The notes under the pieces were generated by a model. It did not search any database, was not told the DNA's origin, and saw only the letters and a list, made by a program, of their open reading frames with translations. Below are positions 62,591 to 64,000 of a stretch of 64,000 nucleotides of DNA, piece after piece. The stretch is from assembly GCF_006345805.1 (NCBI RefSeq), contig NC_043011.1:24564464-24628463 (forward strand). Direction: 5' to 3'. The DNA comes from Octopus sinensis. Lineage: Eukaryota. Position 1 is the stretch's first letter; the number at the start of each line of letters is the position of its first letter. The position numbers and the translations under genes were made by a program.

Positions 62591-64000
62591 CATTATTATC
62601 ATTGTTGTTGTTGTTGTAGTAGAGTGAGAGAGCAGCACATGCCATCAAAGTGACACTGGGGTACAAATATATGAAACTCAATGTACTCATCATGACTACC
62701 CATCTGATGAGTATACTCTAGGCACATGCATGACAACCATATATGTGCAACATGGTGATGGGCCACATATTTGCCATGCAGAGGTTTTTGCTCTCATTTA
62801 TCAGCCAATTGTTCAAACATATTTTTCTTTGTCATTGATTTCATCTTTGCAACAACAGTTGTTGCACTTCCATCATGCTGTTCAACCTGGGTATTATGTG
62901 TGAACTCACTAGCAAATTTTTTGCTCTCCTTCATGACAGAATAAAGCTTCTTAATGTCTCATGGTTTTCAATTAGTTTTAGCTTCCAGTCAATAGATGTT
63001 TCAAGATATTTAGCCAATCCAATTGTGGTGGTTTTATAAGAGATTTCAAATTGGATCAAACCTTGACTTCCTTGGTCTCTGGGAAGGTAAAGACAACCTG
63101 CATTTGCCTTTGGATGGTACATCTTATTGCAAGTCAGCAGCTTACGGATTTTCCTGTTAATTTTCTTTATTTCATAGATATTCCAGTTCAACACATTGAA
63201 ACTATAAATAACAACCAGAACTGCTAAGGAATTTATGGCTAACACTTTGGTATGTGCATCTAACTCTGATTTCAGAACTGCTCAAACTCTCCTGTAACAT
63301 TCCTTTCTGATCTTTTCTATCATGCTTGCATGCTGAATGCCAGAGCCCTCATTTATTCCAAGATATTTGTAAGTTTGTTTCTGCTCAAGTTCTTGTATAA
63401 CTGTGTCCACATCTAACACCACTAAATGTGAGGCCTTCAATTTCCTTTTCTGGAAAGTGGCTTCGGCACATTTATCAAGACCAAATTCCATCCCGATGTC
63501 ATCACTGAATACTTTCACAGAACATGATAGGCCATCAAACTCATTATTGTCTTTACCATAGAGTTTTAAGTCATCCATGTAAAATAGATGGCTTATTTTC
63601 TTATTGTCTATTTTATACCCATACTCTGTTCTGTCAAGTTCACTTGTAAGTGGTATTAGGGTTATGCAAAAACTTGGAAGTGAAAGTGAGTCACCTTGGA
63701 AAATGCCACAGTTGATATTAATATTTTTTGTAGTCAGTACTTCATTAGAGTGATATAATTGGAGATTTGTATTCCATACTGACATGTACTTCAAGAAGTT
63801 TGAAATTATAGGAGAAATTTTGAAGATATCCAGCAATTTCAAGATCCATGAATGCAGTATGCTGTCAAAGGTTTTTTTATAATCAATCCATGAGGAACTG
63901 AGATTTCTGCATTTGTTATGACAGGTATCAAGGATCATGCGATTGATTAGGAGTTCATCTTTGCATCCTTTTTGTTCAGAAGGGAAAATATCATTCTGTT
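62591..64000 (-). mobile_element. R4/Dong-type non-LTR retrotransposon, RT region and 3' tail (runs off window)
   Basis: WIDYKKTFDSILHSW, GIFQGDSLS, HLFYMDDLKLY, GMEFGLDKC, LYLPRDQGSQGL. (CAA)n tail. Confidence 0.9.

Noticed and set aside
62664-62720. GAAAC-TCAAT-GTA followed by CTGATGA, a possible type-II hammerhead in the Dong tail
   Set aside because: Stem I and stem II cannot pair in the required register.

Overview
AT-rich, repeat-saturated animal DNA with no recognisable intact host gene. The microsatellite load and the SINE, RTE, R4/Dong, Penelope and mariner families suggest an octopus or related cephalopod; this is inferred from repeat content, not from a search. Almost all listed ORFs are microsatellite translations or decayed transposon fragments. 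Supported content: five tRNA-derived SINE types (several with clear target-site duplications), RTE LINE fragments and 3' ends carrying a minisatellite, an R4/Dong-type LINE, two Penelope-like fragments, seven mariner remnants, a full-length Chapaev3-type transposon (CAC..GTG termini, TTA duplication), three Helitron-like elements and many fold-back elements in (TA)n tracts. The main unannotated signal is about ten minimal type-I hammerhead-ribozyme motifs, several as outward-facing pairs in the arms of fold-back elements. One (minus strand, 55779-55823) keeps every core nucleotide. A CpG-rich segment near 3.7-4.2 kb and a few exon candidates are reported at low confidence. Coordinates were read by eye and may be off by a few bases, more for decayed fragments.
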